DNA of 64,000 nucleotides from Eledone cirrhosa (taxonomy: Eukaryota): positions 26,350,001-26,414,000 of the forward strand of contig OZ024743.1 in the NCBI GenBank assembly GCA_964016885.1. The letters run 5' to 3'. The notes beneath the pieces were generated by a model. It was not told where the DNA came from and made no database searches. It worked only from the letters and a program-made list of their open reading frames with translations. This document shows positions 15,618-28,600 of the stretch, piece by piece (within the stretch, counting starts at the first letter, position 1; every line of letters begins with the position of its first letter). The position numbers and the translations under genes are program-made.

Positions 15618-15900
15618 GAGAGAGGGAAAAGAGAGTAAGTTACATATATTGAGAGAGGATGAATGGAGTAAGTTACATATATTGAGAGAGGGGGAAGAGA
15701 GTAAGTTACATAGATTGAGAGAGGGGGAAGAGAGTAAGTTACATATATTGAGAGAAGGGGGAGGGTAAGTTACATATATTGAGAGAAGGGGAAGAGAGTA
15801 AGTTACATATATTGAGACAGGGGGAAGAGAGTAAGTTACATATATTGAGAGAGGGGGAGAGAGTAAATTACATATATTGAGAGAGGGGGAAGAGAGTAAG
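15618..15900. repeat. 33-bp minisatellite, about 8.5 copies
   Basis: Unit GAGAGAGGGGGAAGAGAGTAAGTTACATATATT. Confidence 0.95.
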
Positions 15901-16440
15901 GTAAGGATATAGTGAGGGAGAGGAGGAGAGTTACTATTAAATGTTTTCACTTTCTTACTAATCATGCTTATGGAAGTATATCTAATCCACATGCCACCAC
16001 CATAAATGAAACTTTAGGGTCAGTTCGCCTCGTAGTCCAGGTCGACAGGATGGGAAAGACATTGCCGCGGAGGACGGCAAGAGAAAAGCACTGAAACAGT
16101 CACACCACCCAGCGGAGCTTGCACTTGCGGGTTGTCAAACCCGCTCTGATGTCATTTCTCTATGAATTACATCTCTTTTGACTGGCTGGTTTTTATGACA
16201 AGGAAGACTGGCGTCAAATCTTGTATTTCAATGTCTTTTTTATGTCTAATGTTAAGTTCTAATACATTTTATTACCTTACCCCAGAGGTTCTCAAACTTT
16301 TGGGGCCACCGCCCTTCTCACGGCCATGTAATACCCTCAGTGCCCCAACCCCTATTTCCAGAAAGACTTGTCTATACACGCAAATTGTAAATAATATATA
16401 ATAATTAAAATCGTTAATTGATATATAATAAATAATATGT

Positions 16441-16605
16441 GTTAGGTAATTCCGAAGAAAAAAGCAAAGGAAAAAAGAGTGCTCTATGTATAGAACAGAA
16501 CTATTTAATTATAAAGTGAACAACACAATATATAACTACTCCATACCAAAGGTTTCAGGTCCCTAGACAATATTAATATACGTCTAGATCGTTCATCAGA
16601 CGGAG
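16441..16605 (-). mobile_element. 165-bp hammerhead-bearing retro-insertion with 18-bp TSD
   Basis: ATATAATAAATAATATGT is duplicated at 16423-16440 and 16606-16623. Confidence 0.75.
16539..16605 (-). ncRNA. Type-I hammerhead ribozyme
   Basis: Minus strand: CTCCGt-CTGATGA-[TCTAGAC...GTCTAGG stem II]-GAAA-CCtttGG-TA-TGGAG. GUA cleavage triplet. Confidence 0.7.
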
Positions 16606-17191
16606 ATATAATAAATAATATGTATAAATAAATATTATATATTTTGTTATTTTGCTATATTTATATACAATATGTATCATTTGATATTTATTATACTATT
16701 ATATCATCTCTACCACCCCACTACCCCCTTAAGCTTCAGCGCCCCCTTGACCTTGTCAAATGTCCCTGGGGAGTGGTAGCGCCCACACTGAGGACCTCAG
16801 CCATAACCCATAATCAAATAGCTAGCTTTTACGTTCAGTTTCTTTTGATGACAACAGACACTCCGGTTTCTTAAAATGGCCTTCTTTATACTATAGAATA
16901 AATTCCTCTCAGCCAATAATATTTCTTACTCCGGTGAAACCCATTGGATACTGTCCACTTCATTTCACCACCTTTCTCATTCTACATAAATATACCTAAA
17001 GAATGTTTATTATTTCAAATTTCTGAAGCATTGCTGACTGCAAACATAATGCGAGTAAGTGAATAGAAAAATATTCCTATTCAGCACTCGCAGATAATTA
17101 TGTAATATGTAATGAAACACGTGTTAGATTATTCAATCAAATAAATTTCACCCTACTACTTGCCTGCATTTCCTATTACAATATGTGAAAC

Positions 17192-17220
<29 letters not shown>

Positions 17221-17222
<2 letters not shown>

Positions 17223-17640
17223 TTGTGGTATGGTTGTTTGGAGGCTTCCATAGGTGGTATGCCGGTTGAGCACTCTATGCTCCTTCAGAGCAGAGTATAA
17301 TAATATGGAAAACGAAGAATCAGTGATGCATCGAAACACAATTTATTAACGTATTACAATTGTTTCTCCGGCGAACAGCTCCAGGTGCGATCTATTTGTG
17401 GATCGAACCTCACTCTGGATTCGCAAGTTCCTCAGATACGTCTCGCGACTTCGAAGCAAATCCTCTGTATGTTGCACTCCGACTCTTTGAATTTCTTTCA
17501 TCTACCATCATCCTGTTTGCGCGGCCCATCGATTGGTCAATTATTTTAACGGCACGATTCTGTTCATTGGTTAAACACATAACTTCGATATCCAAGTAGA
17601 CGTAATTTGTAAACAAAGAATTTTTTTATTTATTACAGAT
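17221..17640 (-). mobile_element. PLE-like 3' remnant
   Basis: Contains a hammerhead followed by AATAAA and a tail ending in (TA)n. Right boundary approximate. Confidence 0.55.
17349..17441 (-). ncRNA. Type-I hammerhead ribozyme with extended stem II
   Basis: Minus strand: ACGTAT-CTGAGGA-[GCGAA..TCCAG..CGATC..GATCG..CTGGA..TTCGC]-GAAA-CAATTG-TA-ATACGT. Confidence 0.75.
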
Positions 17641-17749
17641 TAATGAATAATGCTCAAGGGTGGAGATAAATACTATTATATATATAATATTCCGAGAATT
17701 ATCATGTATAAATTAAGTTTTCCCAACACCTATTGCCTGAAAATAGGAA

Positions 17750-17928
17750 ATTATGTACACATACGAATTTGTCGATATAAGCCATCTCTCGGCGTTGCAA
17801 AGTCCACACCTCTTAGAACCATTGGCGTAGGGTTTACACTTTTCTGCTATCTTCCAGTTAATATTGTAATCAGTGGAGCCAGAAATAGCTGTCGAAACGG
17901 CTTGAGCTCTGCCGTCGGGGTCAAGCAT

Positions 17929-17932
<4 letters not shown>
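17750..17932 (-). pseudogene. Penelope GIY-YIG endonuclease C-terminal fragment with an inverted pLTR piece
   Basis: YNINWKIAEKCKPYANGSKRCGLCNAERWLI matches the PLE EN C-terminal W.I...Y...C.LC..E...I pattern. The plus strand at 17886-17922 carries the 3' half of a hammerhead. Confidence 0.8.
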
Positions 17933-17992
<60 letters not shown>

Positions 17993-18324
17993 ACATCACA
18001 TCAACAATATTTAACGTCCGTTTTTCCATGCTTGTGTAAGTTGGGTAGGTCGTTAAAGATTGAGCTACCACTCAATCAGAACAAATCTCCTCACAGACGA
18101 GCTTACGTATATTTCTACACTTTACAGAGATTCATAATCATAACGTAGAAGGGGACTCTTAAATAATGAATGGAATAACAAAAAGTAGTTTTTAAAAATT
18201 GTTTAGAGTTAGTGTACACTTGGTTCAAATCTAAGATCAGCTGAGTATTAGCAACCCACTCTATACAGCCTTGTTAAAGGGCATTTTGCTGCTGTATATA
18301 TATATATGTGTGTGTGTGTGTGTT

Positions 18325-18458
18325 TCTACAGCTGAGTGAACTGGAGCAACGTAAAATAAAGTGTTTTGCTCAAGAACACAGCGCAAAGCCCGGTCTGAGA
18401 ATCGAACTCACGACCTCAGGATTGTCAGCCCGACGCTCTAACCATAAAGATATGCGCA
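18325..18458 (-). mobile_element. CORE-type SINE S2 fragment
   Basis: Reverse-complement B-box (GAATCGAACTC) and AAGTGTTTTGCTCAAGAACAC. Confidence 0.65.
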
Positions 18459-18461
18459 TTC

Positions 18462-19790
18462 AATCGAATTAAATGAAATAAAAATTTCATATCATCACGC
18501 CATCCACTGTTTCAGTAATCTCTTCTTTACCATTCTTGAAATTATTCTTCAGCTGTTTGTAGTTATTTACAAGTTCACGGATAAATGGATATTCGATATT
18601 GGGCAAAGTGTTCTTTCCTCCAAGTTCATCATCCATCATCCATTATTACCCGAGGGTCAGACGCCATACTTTGCAGCATAGAGTTATGGCCCTTTATGAT
18701 CTGAGTTCAAATTCCACCGAGGTTAACTTTGCCTTTCATCCTTACGGGGTCGATAAAATAAAGTAGCAGTCACGCACTGGGGTCGATTTAATCGGGCCTA
18801 TATAAGAAACCATTATTCAAATCCCGCCGAGGTTAACTTTGCCTTTCATCCTTACGGGGTCGATAAAATATCTGCACTGGGTAATTGCTGGCCTTGTGCC
18901 AAAAGTAGAAACAATTATACAAGGGCGGTGAATTGGCAGTATCGGTAGAGGGTTGGACGCCATGCTTTCCAGCACAGTTACGTCCCTTTACGGTCTGAGT
19001 TCAAATCCCGTCGAGGTTAACTTTGCCTTTCATCCTTACGGGGTCGATAAAATAAAGTACCAGTAATGTACTGGGTAATTGCTGGCCTTGTGCCAAAAGT
19101 AGAAACAATTATTACACGAAGCACTCGGCCAAGAACAGGATAGCCAATGAATTGTGATTCTTTCAGTTTCTTTTTAGTAAATAATCTTTGTAACTGAACG
19201 AGAATCCCATTCCTGCTCCGCAACAATTATTTTTATACTCTTCCATAAATTGTATTCATCCAGAACAACTGTTATGCTTTTGACAATATTATACGCTTTT
19301 CCATTTGATAGACCTAATGCTTCTAATTTAACTTCTCTGTCATTCTTCAAAACGAACATTTGACATTCTTGATCAATAATTCGTTTACCATTAAAATGCA
19401 TTGACCAGTTTTCTAAGTGTAGTGCTTTCTTCATTTCTTCTTTAAGTTTAACAGATGCTCTTTGATACTAGATCTGTAAATACCAGATTGGGAAGGTGTC
19501 TCAATGTCAATCCCTTCTTAAGATAATTGCTGACAAACATTTGCTGCTTTGCTGGTTGATAAGTTTGAAGATTTGATAATTTGGTTTTGCTATACTTCTT
19601 TCTCTTCATATTCACTGATTCAGAAGTTGAAGTTGTTGTAGTTTGCTCCAAGGTCCCTTTTCTTCTTTTTGATGGATGAATAGTTTTGGAACCCGCAGTC
19701 TTTCCAGTTGTATATCCGACATGTCCTTTGCTTTCGAACTGAAGATGATATAACTGTCTCTCCTCACTACACAGCCATTCACCATGCACG
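18462..19790 (-). pseudogene. Decayed hAT-related DDE transposase, split by a SINE cluster
   Basis: Collinear peptides GEWLCSEERQLY...IHPSKRR, WSMHFNGK...VLKNDREVKLEAL...VLDEYNLWKSIKIIVA, NGILVQLQ..F, IG..VLGRVLRV | MDDELGG..PNIEYPFIREL, GWRDDMKFLFHL. Frameshifts and stops. Family assignment from recall. Confidence 0.6.
18650..19113 (+). mobile_element. Cluster of three SINE S1 copies (two partial, one full length at 18923-19113)
   Basis: The block TTCAAAT.CC...GAGGTTAACTTTGCCTTTCATCCTTACGGGGTCGATAAAATA occurs three times. Confidence 0.85.
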
Positions 19791-20031
19791 TTATAAATTT
19801 CCAGAAAGTTCTAGACGGTTTCTGAAACTTCTAGGTGACTCCACAAAGGCATAGTACTACTATACTTATATACGATTAGTAATTTCATGTTGGGGTGACA
19901 TTTAAAAAAAAAAAAAAAAAATTAAATCTTTTTTCATTATTTTTGAACAAAATTCCATCGAATTATGATACAGGAAATCAATTCTGTAATATAATCATCA
20001 TCATAGTCTATGTCTTCTAAGCAAACATGAA

Positions 20032-20124
20032 GGAACAGCCGAACTCCCACTGTCACCGCCTCCATCTCTCTGGCCCTCCCCGTCTCTCCGTATGGTGAGC
20101 AAATGGGGTCCCACGTGCTGGCCA
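20032..20124. repeat. GC-rich repeat family G fragment
   Basis: Near-identical to 21505-21591. Confidence 0.75.
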
Positions 20125-20551
20125 ACCCTAATATACATATATATAAATATATATTACATAAATACATAAATATATATATATGTTTATGTTTATGTTATGA
20201 TTTAATTATAGGTATTATTTACATAGACCCTATCTAGGTTGTTTTGTTTAGCCTGTTGTATATTATTTTCAGTTTAATTCCATTTAGTTAAATCAACAAT
20301 CATTTGTAATTTGATTCTTTGTTTATTCATGGATTATGCCCATCCTCATAAATTGTCTGCATAATCTGGGTCAGTTATATAAGCAAGTCGATTAATGGTC
20401 ATATTGGCTGTTATTCATCACCAGACAGTTTGTATCCTCCGTTTTAATGAAATAATGTTTGCAGCTGTAAAAGTGATCAACAAAATGACAAAAGATTAAA
20501 CTGCAAACTGTTTCGCAAAAGTTGCTTGTCATTAGTCATACATGTTTGAAG

Positions 20552-20727
20552 GTGGTGGATTGGGCTTATTAGCAGAACGTCGGACAAAAGTTTTACGCCA
20601 TATAGTTACGGCCCTTTACGTTCTAATCCCGCCGGCGATAGCTTTGATTTCATCCTTACGTGGTCGATAAAATCGACTTTCCCCTACCCCAAAACTATTG
20701 GCCGTTTCTTAAATCAGAAACCATTAT
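20552..20727 (+). mobile_element. Diverged SINE S1
   Basis: GGTGGTGGATTGG head, CATCCTTACGTGGTCGATAAAA block, AGAAACCATTATT tail. Confidence 0.7.
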
Positions 20728-21500
20728 TCATACATATTTATTCATAAAAAGGAAGAATGTTTATACAAGGATGGGTGTTGTCAATGATTTGATGTCTTCT
20801 AGAAAGAGGTGAAGTAATTTTTACCTGGAAAAAGATTGCAATCTGTATCTTAGCACAAAATTGTGATTACAGCATTAGAGAGGTTGCCCGGTACTCCTCG
20901 CGACGCTGCTGTCTTTTGCTCTGGTGTTGGCTCGGTTGTTCACCCCTTCCTTTACATTTTCTTTAATATTGCAACATTAAAAGAATATATCGTTCTGGAA
21001 GAATCGCGGGCAATTTATAATGTTATTTATCTATATATTTAAAACATATTTGTTATGTTATTCTACTGTAAATTTATTTATATGCTTTGTATAATAAAAC
21101 TATATAGATGATAATTTATCATAGAAACTGTGGTTAAATTAACTACATGGAATCTTTAGTGACACTCAGTTCTATTGTATTAGAAATGTCATTTTAGTAA
21201 ACATTTTTATTGTTTGGCGGGTTTCGGGGAGTTCACTTTCTACTATTAAATATACAGGGTGACTACAAAAACACTCCTTTGATTATCACATTGATGTTCG
21301 CCGAACAACAAAGGGCCACACATCGGGTGTCTATGATATCAACCAATACCACATTAAACTTTATTAGTTTATGCAAATGTTGCCACCAATATTGTAAGAA
21401 TATTCATTTAAGTTTTCATATTACTATTTAAAATTCGAAATGGGAAATAAATAATTTTCTATCTAATATAGATAATAAACACAACTACAAGTCCGAACGT

Positions 21501-21656
21501 GGAAGAGCCGAACTCCCACTGTCATCGCGTCCATCCCTCTCGCCCTCCCCATCTCTCTGTATGGTGAGCAAATGGGGTCCCACGTGCTGGCTTCCCCACA
21601 GCCCCAGCGGACAGAATGGGGAAGGCGTTTCCCTGGAGGATAGTAAGGGAGATGCG
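21501..21656. repeat. GC-rich repeat family G fragment
   Basis: Overlaps in sequence with both 20032-20124 and 12475-12540. Confidence 0.75.
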
Positions 21657-22329
21657 ATGTGTTTTTGTGGTCACCGTATACATAAAGAAAAATATAGACA
21701 GCATTTTGAAAGGTTAGTTTGAAATTTGCTCGGATAAAAACACAGAAGCATTTTGAGAGTCAGTTCTAATGTTTCATTAATTAATATACAACCAATAGCG
21801 GTGCCCCAGCATGGCCTCAGCCGGATGGCTGGAACAGGTAAAAGAGTAAAAGAGTAACTTCATTGTTTAGGATTACATTTGGAAATATGTTTCCAAATGG
21901 AAATCAAAACAAAAACAAATGAAACGAACAACTAATCTTGGCGCGGTAAAACAGATGTGTATTGAATTTCTTTCTGATAATAGTATAATCCAAAATAACT
22001 TATTAGTTGTTTAATAATAAAATAACGATTGCTAGCAGCTGGAAAGCTACCGTGGTTGGTAATATACCCAATTACTGGATACATTAATAGTATTCTTAGT
22101 AATTATATAGTAGATGTGGTAATTTCTAAATTGCTAAAGTGAAAATGAACCACAATCAACACCTGATTGGTTTCTCAAAGGAAAAGCAACACTAATCCAC
22201 ACCCCCACCCCCAAAAAGTACTATGGACTCCCAAAACTACATATCATTATCCCTTTCATTAACTATATACAAACCATTGCAGCTGTGCTCTCCAACAGAC
22301 TGGCTGCATATTTGGAAAGTAATAGTATC

Positions 22330-22526
22330 CAGATCAGTCAACTCCCCCCGTCCGACGGGGAGATCTCCCACCCACTTTGGGGTGGGTGAGAGATGTCTTC
22401 TCTTCTGAAAATGGGTATAGCTTTCATTATGTAAAATCTCCCCATTTGGCTTCATTTCGCTCCGTTTTGGGGGCACTTTTTTTTCCTGGTACTTCTCGCT
22501 TGGGTTTTTAGAGGTTGGCAGGTCTG
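22330..22526 (-). mobile_element. MITE family A copy
   Basis: TIRs CAGATCAGTCAAC / GTTGGCAGGTCTG; flanks TAGTATC / CAGTATC. Confidence 0.85.
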
Positions 22527-22618
22527 CAGTATCTTATCAGAAAGGCAGAAAGAGTATCAAAAAGAGATGAGTAAGTGGAAAGAATAGCTATTGATGAACC
22601 GGAAAATTTAAGTATGAT

Positions 22619-25600
22619 ATGAATTGCTTCCATAATATGAATTGCTTACATGGTATGAATTGCTTACATGGTATGAATTTCTTACATGGTATGAATTGCT
22701 TCCATGGTATGAATTTTTTACATGGTATGAATTTCTTACATGGTATGAATTGCTTACATGGCATGAATTGCTTCCATGGTATGAATTTCTTACATGGTAT
22801 GAATTGCTTCCATAATATGAATTGCTTACATGGTATGAATTGCTTACATGGTATGAATTGCTTACATGGTATGAATTTCTTACATGGTATGAATTGCTTC
22901 CATGGTATGAATTGCTTACAAGGTATGAATTGCTTCCATGGTATGAATTGCTTCCATGGTATGAATTGCTTATATGGTATGAATTGCTTCCATGGTATGA
23001 ATTGCTTACATGGTATGAATTGCTTACATGGTATGAATTGCTTACATGGTATGAATTGCTTCCATAATATGAATTGCTTACATGGTATGAATTTCTTACA
23101 TGGTATGAATTTCTTACATGGTATGAATTGCTTCCATGGTATGAATTGCTTACATGGTATGAATTTCTTACATGGTATGAATTGCTTACATGGTATGAAT
23201 TGCTTACATGGTATGAATTTCTTACATGGTATGAATTTCTTACATGGCATGAATTTCTTACATGGTATGAATTTCTTACATGGTATGAATTGCTTCCATG
23301 GTATGAATTGCTTACATGGTATGAATTTCTTACATGGTATGAATTTCTTACATGGTATGAATTTCTTACATGGTATGAATTGCTTCCATGGTATGAATTG
23401 CTTACATGGTATGAATTTCTTACATGGTATGAATTGCTTACATGGTATGAATTGCTTCCATGGTATGAATTGCTTACATGGTATGAATTTCTTACATGGT
23501 ATGAATTGCTTACATGGTATGAATTGCTTACATGGTATGAATTTCTTACATGGTATGAATTGCTTACATGGTATGAATTGCTTACATGGTATGAATTTCT
23601 TACATGGTATGAATTGCTTCCATAATGTGAATTTCTTACATGGTATGAATTTCTTACATGGTATGAATTTCTTACATGGTATGAATTGCTTCCATGGTAT
23701 GAATTGCTTACATGGTATGAATTTCTTACATGGTATGAATTGCTTCCATGGTATGAATTTCTTACATGGTATGAATTTCTTACATGGTATGAATTTCTTA
23801 CATGGTATGAATTGCTTCCATGGTATGAATTGCTTACATGGTATGAATCTCTTACATGGTGAGAATTTCTTACATGGTATGAATTTCTTACATGGTATGA
23901 ATTGCTTCCATGGTATGAATTGCTTACATGGTATGAATTTCTTACATTGTATGAATTGCTTACATGGTATGAATTGCTTACATGGTATGAATTTCTTACA
24001 TGGTATGAATTGCTTCCATAATATGAATTTCTTACATGGTATGAATTTCTTACATGGTATGAATTTCTTACATGGTATGAATTGCTTCCATGGTATGAAT
24101 TGCTTACATGGTATGAATTTCTTACATGGTATGAATTTCTTACATGGTATGAATTGCTTCCATGGTATGAATTGCTTACATGGTATGAATTTCTTACATG
24201 GTATGAATTGCTTCCATGGTATGAATTTCTTACATGGTATGAATTTCTTCCATGGTATGAATTGCTTACATGGTATGAATTGCTTACATGGTATGAATTT
24301 CTTACATGGTATGAATTTCTTACATGGTATGAATTGCTTCCATGGTATGAATTGCTTACATGGTATGAATTTCTTACATGGTATGAATTTCTTACATGGT
24401 ATGAATTGCTTCCATGGTATGAACTGCTTACATGGTATGAATTTCTTACATGGTATGAATTTCTTACATGGTATGAATTGCTTCCATGGTATGAATTGCT
24501 TACGTGGTATGAATTTCTTACATGGTATGAATTGCTTCCATAATATGAATTTCTTACATGGTATGAATTTCTTACATGGTATGAATTTCTTACATGGTAT
24601 GAATTTCTTACATGGTATGAATTGCTTCCATGGTATGAATTGCTTACATGGTATGAATTTCTTACATGGTATAAATTGCTTACATGGTATGAATTGCTTA
24701 CATGGTATGAATTTCTTACATGGTATGAATTGCTTCCATAATATGAATTTCTTACATGGTATGAATTTCTTACATGGTATGAATTTCTTACATGGTATGA
24801 ATTTCTTACATGGTATGAATTGCTTCCATGGTATGAATTGCTTACATGGTATGAATTTCTTACATGGTATGAATTGCTTCCATGGTATGAATTTCTTACA
24901 TGGTATGAATTGCTTACATGGTATGAATTGCTTACATGGTATGAATTTCTTCCATGGTATGAATTGCTTCCATAATATGAATTTCTTACATGGTTGGAAT
25001 TTCTTACATGGTATGAATTGCTTACATGGTATGAATTTCTTACATGGTATGAATTTCTTACATGGTATGAATTGCCTCCATGGTATGAATTGCTTACATG
25101 GTATGAATTTCTTCCATGGTATGAATTGCTTACATGGTATGAATTGCTTACATGGTATGAATTTCTTACATGGTATGAATTGCTTCCATAATATGAATTT
25201 CTTACATGGTATGAATTTCTTACATGGTATGAATTGCTTCCATGTTATGAATTGCTTACATGGTATGAATTTCTTACATGGTATGAATTTCTTACATGGT
25301 ATGAATTGCTTCTATGGTATGAATTGCTTACATGGTATGAATTTCTTACATGGTATGAATTGCTTACATGGTATGAATTGCTTCCATGGTATGAATTGCT
25401 TACATGGTATGAATTTCTTACATGGTATGAATTTCTTACATGGTATGAATTTCTTACATGGTATGAATTGGTTCCATGGTATGAATTGCTTACATGGTAT
25501 GAATTGCTTACATGGTATGAATTTCTTACATGGTATGAATTGCTTCCATGGTATGAATTGCTTACATGGTATGAATTTCTTACATGGTATGAATTTCTTA

Positions 25601-28600
25601 CATGGTATGAATTGCTTCCATGGTATAAATTGCTTACATGGTATGAATTTCTTACATGGTATGAATTGCTTACATGGTATGAATTGCTTACATGGTATGA
25701 ATTTCTTACATGGTATGAATTGCTTCCATAATATGAATTTCTTACATGGTATGAATTTCTTACATGGTATGAATTTCTTACATGGTATGAATTTCTTACA
25801 TGGTATGAATTGCTTCCATGGTATGAATTGCTTACATGGTATGAATTTCTTACATGGTATCAATTGCTTACATGGTATGAATTGCTTACATGGTATGAAT
25901 TTCTTACATGGTATGAATTTCTTACATGGTATGAATTGCTTCCATGGTATAAATTGCTTACATGGTATGAATTTCTTACATGGTATGAATTGCTTACATG
26001 GTATGAATTGCTTACATGGTATGAATTTCTTACATGGTATGAATTGCTTCCATAATATGAATTTCTTACATGGTATGAATTGCTTCTATGGTATGAATTG
26101 CTTACATGGTATGAATTTCTTACATGGTATGAATTGCTTCCATGGTATGAATTTCTTACATGGTATGAATTGCTTCCATGGTATGAATTGCTTACATGGT
26201 ATGAATTGCTTACATGGTATGACTTTCTTACATGGTATGAATTTCTTACATGGTATGAATTGCTTCCATGGTATGAATTGCTTTCATGGTATGAATTTCT
26301 TACATGGTATGAATTTCTTACATGGTATGAATTGCTTCCATGGTATAAATTGCTTACATGGTATGAATTTCTTACATGGTATGAATTGCTTACATGGTAT
26401 GAATTGCTTACATGGTATGAATTTCTTACATGGTATGAATTGCTTCCATGGTATGAATTTCTTACATGGTATGAATTGCTTCCATGGTATGAATTGCTTA
26501 CATGGTATGAATTGCTTACATGGTATGAATTTCTTACATGGTATGAATTTCTTACATGGTATGAATTGCTTCCATGGTATGAATTGCTTACATGGTATGA
26601 ATTTCTTACATGGTATGAATTTCTTACATGGTATGAATTGCTTCCATGGTATGAATTGCTTACATGGTATGAATTTCTTACATGGTATGAATTGCTTACA
26701 TGGTATGAATTGCTTCCATGGTATGAATTGCTTACATGGTATGAATTTCTTACATGGTATGAATTTCTTACATGGTATGAATTTCTTACATGGTATGAAT
26801 TGCTTCCATGGTATGAATTGCTTACATGGTATGAATTTCTTACATGGTATGAATTTCTTACATGGTATGAATTGCTTCCATGGTATGAATTGCTTACATG
26901 GTATGAATTTCTTACATGGTATGAATTTCTTACATGGTATGAATTGCTTCCATGGTATAAATTGCTTACATGGTATGAATTTCTTACATGGTATGAATTG
27001 CTTACATGGTATGAATTGCTTACATGGTATGAATTTCTTACATGTTATGAATTGCTTCCATAATATGAATTTCTTACATGGTATGAATTTCTTACATGGT
27101 ATGAATTTCTTACATGGTATGAATTTCTTACATGGTATGAATTGCTTCCATGGTATGAATTGCTTACATGGTATGAATTTCTTACATGGTATGAATTGCT
27201 TCCATGGTATGAATTTCTTACATGGTATGAATTGCTTCCATGGTATGCATTGCTTACATGGTATGAATTGCTTACATGGTATGAATTTCTTACATGGTAT
27301 GAATTTCTTACATGGTATGAATTGCTTCCATGGTATGAATTGCTTACATGGTATGAATTTCTTACATGGTATGAATTTCTTACATGGTATGAATTGCTTC
27401 CATGGTATTAATTGCTTACATGGTATGAATTTATTACATGGTATGAATTGCTTACATGGTATGAATTTCTTCCATGGTATGAATTGCTTACATGGTATGA
27501 ATTTCTTACATGGTATGAATTTCTTACATGGTATGAATTTCTTACATGGTATGAATTGGTTCCATGGTATGAATTGCTTACATGGTATGAATTGCTTACA
27601 TGGTATGAATTTCTTACATGGTATGAATTGCTTCCATGGTATGAATTGCTTACATGGTATGAATTTCTTACATGGTATGAATTTCTTACATGGTATGAAT
27701 TGCTTCCATGGTATAAATTGCTTACATGGTATGAATTTCTTACATGGTATGAATTGCTTACATGGTATGAATTGCTTACATGGTATGAATTTCTTACATG
27801 GTATGAATTGCTTCCATAATATGAATTTCTTACATGGTATGAATTTCTTACATGGTATGAATTTCTTACATGGTATGAATTTCTTACATGGTATGAATTG
27901 CTTCCATGGTATGAATTGCTTACATGGTATGAATTTCTTACATGGTATCAATTGCTTACATGGTATGAATTGCTTACATGGTATGAATTTCTTACATGGT
28001 ATGAATTTCTTACATGGTATGAATTGCTTCCATGGTATAAATTGCTTACATGGTATGAATTTCTTACATGGTATGAATTGCTTACATGGTATGAATTGCT
28101 TACATGGTATGAATTTCTTACATGGTATGAATTGCTTCCATAATATGAATTTCTTACATGGTATGAATTGCTTCTATGGTATGAATTGCTTACATGGTAT
28201 GAATTTCTTACATGGTATGAATTGCTTCCATGGTATGAATTTCTTACATGGTATGAATTGCTTCCATGGTATGAATTGCTTACATGGTATGAATTGCTTA
28301 CATGGTATGACTTTCTTACATGGTATGAATTTCTTACATGGTATGAATTGCTTCCATGGTATGAATTGCTTACATGGTATGAATTTCTTACATGGTATGA
28401 ATTTCTTACATGGTATGAATTGCTTCCATGGTATAAATTGCTTACATGGTATGAATTTCTTACATGGTATGAATTGCTTACATGGTATGAATTGCTTACA
28501 TGGTATGAATTTCTTACATGGTATGAATTGCTTCCATGGTATGAATTTCTTACATGGTATGAATTGCTTCCATGGTATGAATTGCTTACATGGTATGAAT

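Larger units (their letters stand above)
16283..16800. mobile_element. hAT (Charlie-like) MITE containing a nested insertion
   Basis: TIRs CAGAGGTTCTCA / TGAGGACCTCAG; degenerate 8-bp TSD CCTTACCC / CCATAACC. Confidence 0.7.

Noticed and set aside
15597-15992. 131-aa repetitive ORF
   Set aside because: Translation of the 33-bp minisatellite.
18923-19015. tRNA genes suggested by A/B-box motifs
   Set aside because: These are SINE heads: expanded spacing, no cloverleaf, followed by SINE body.
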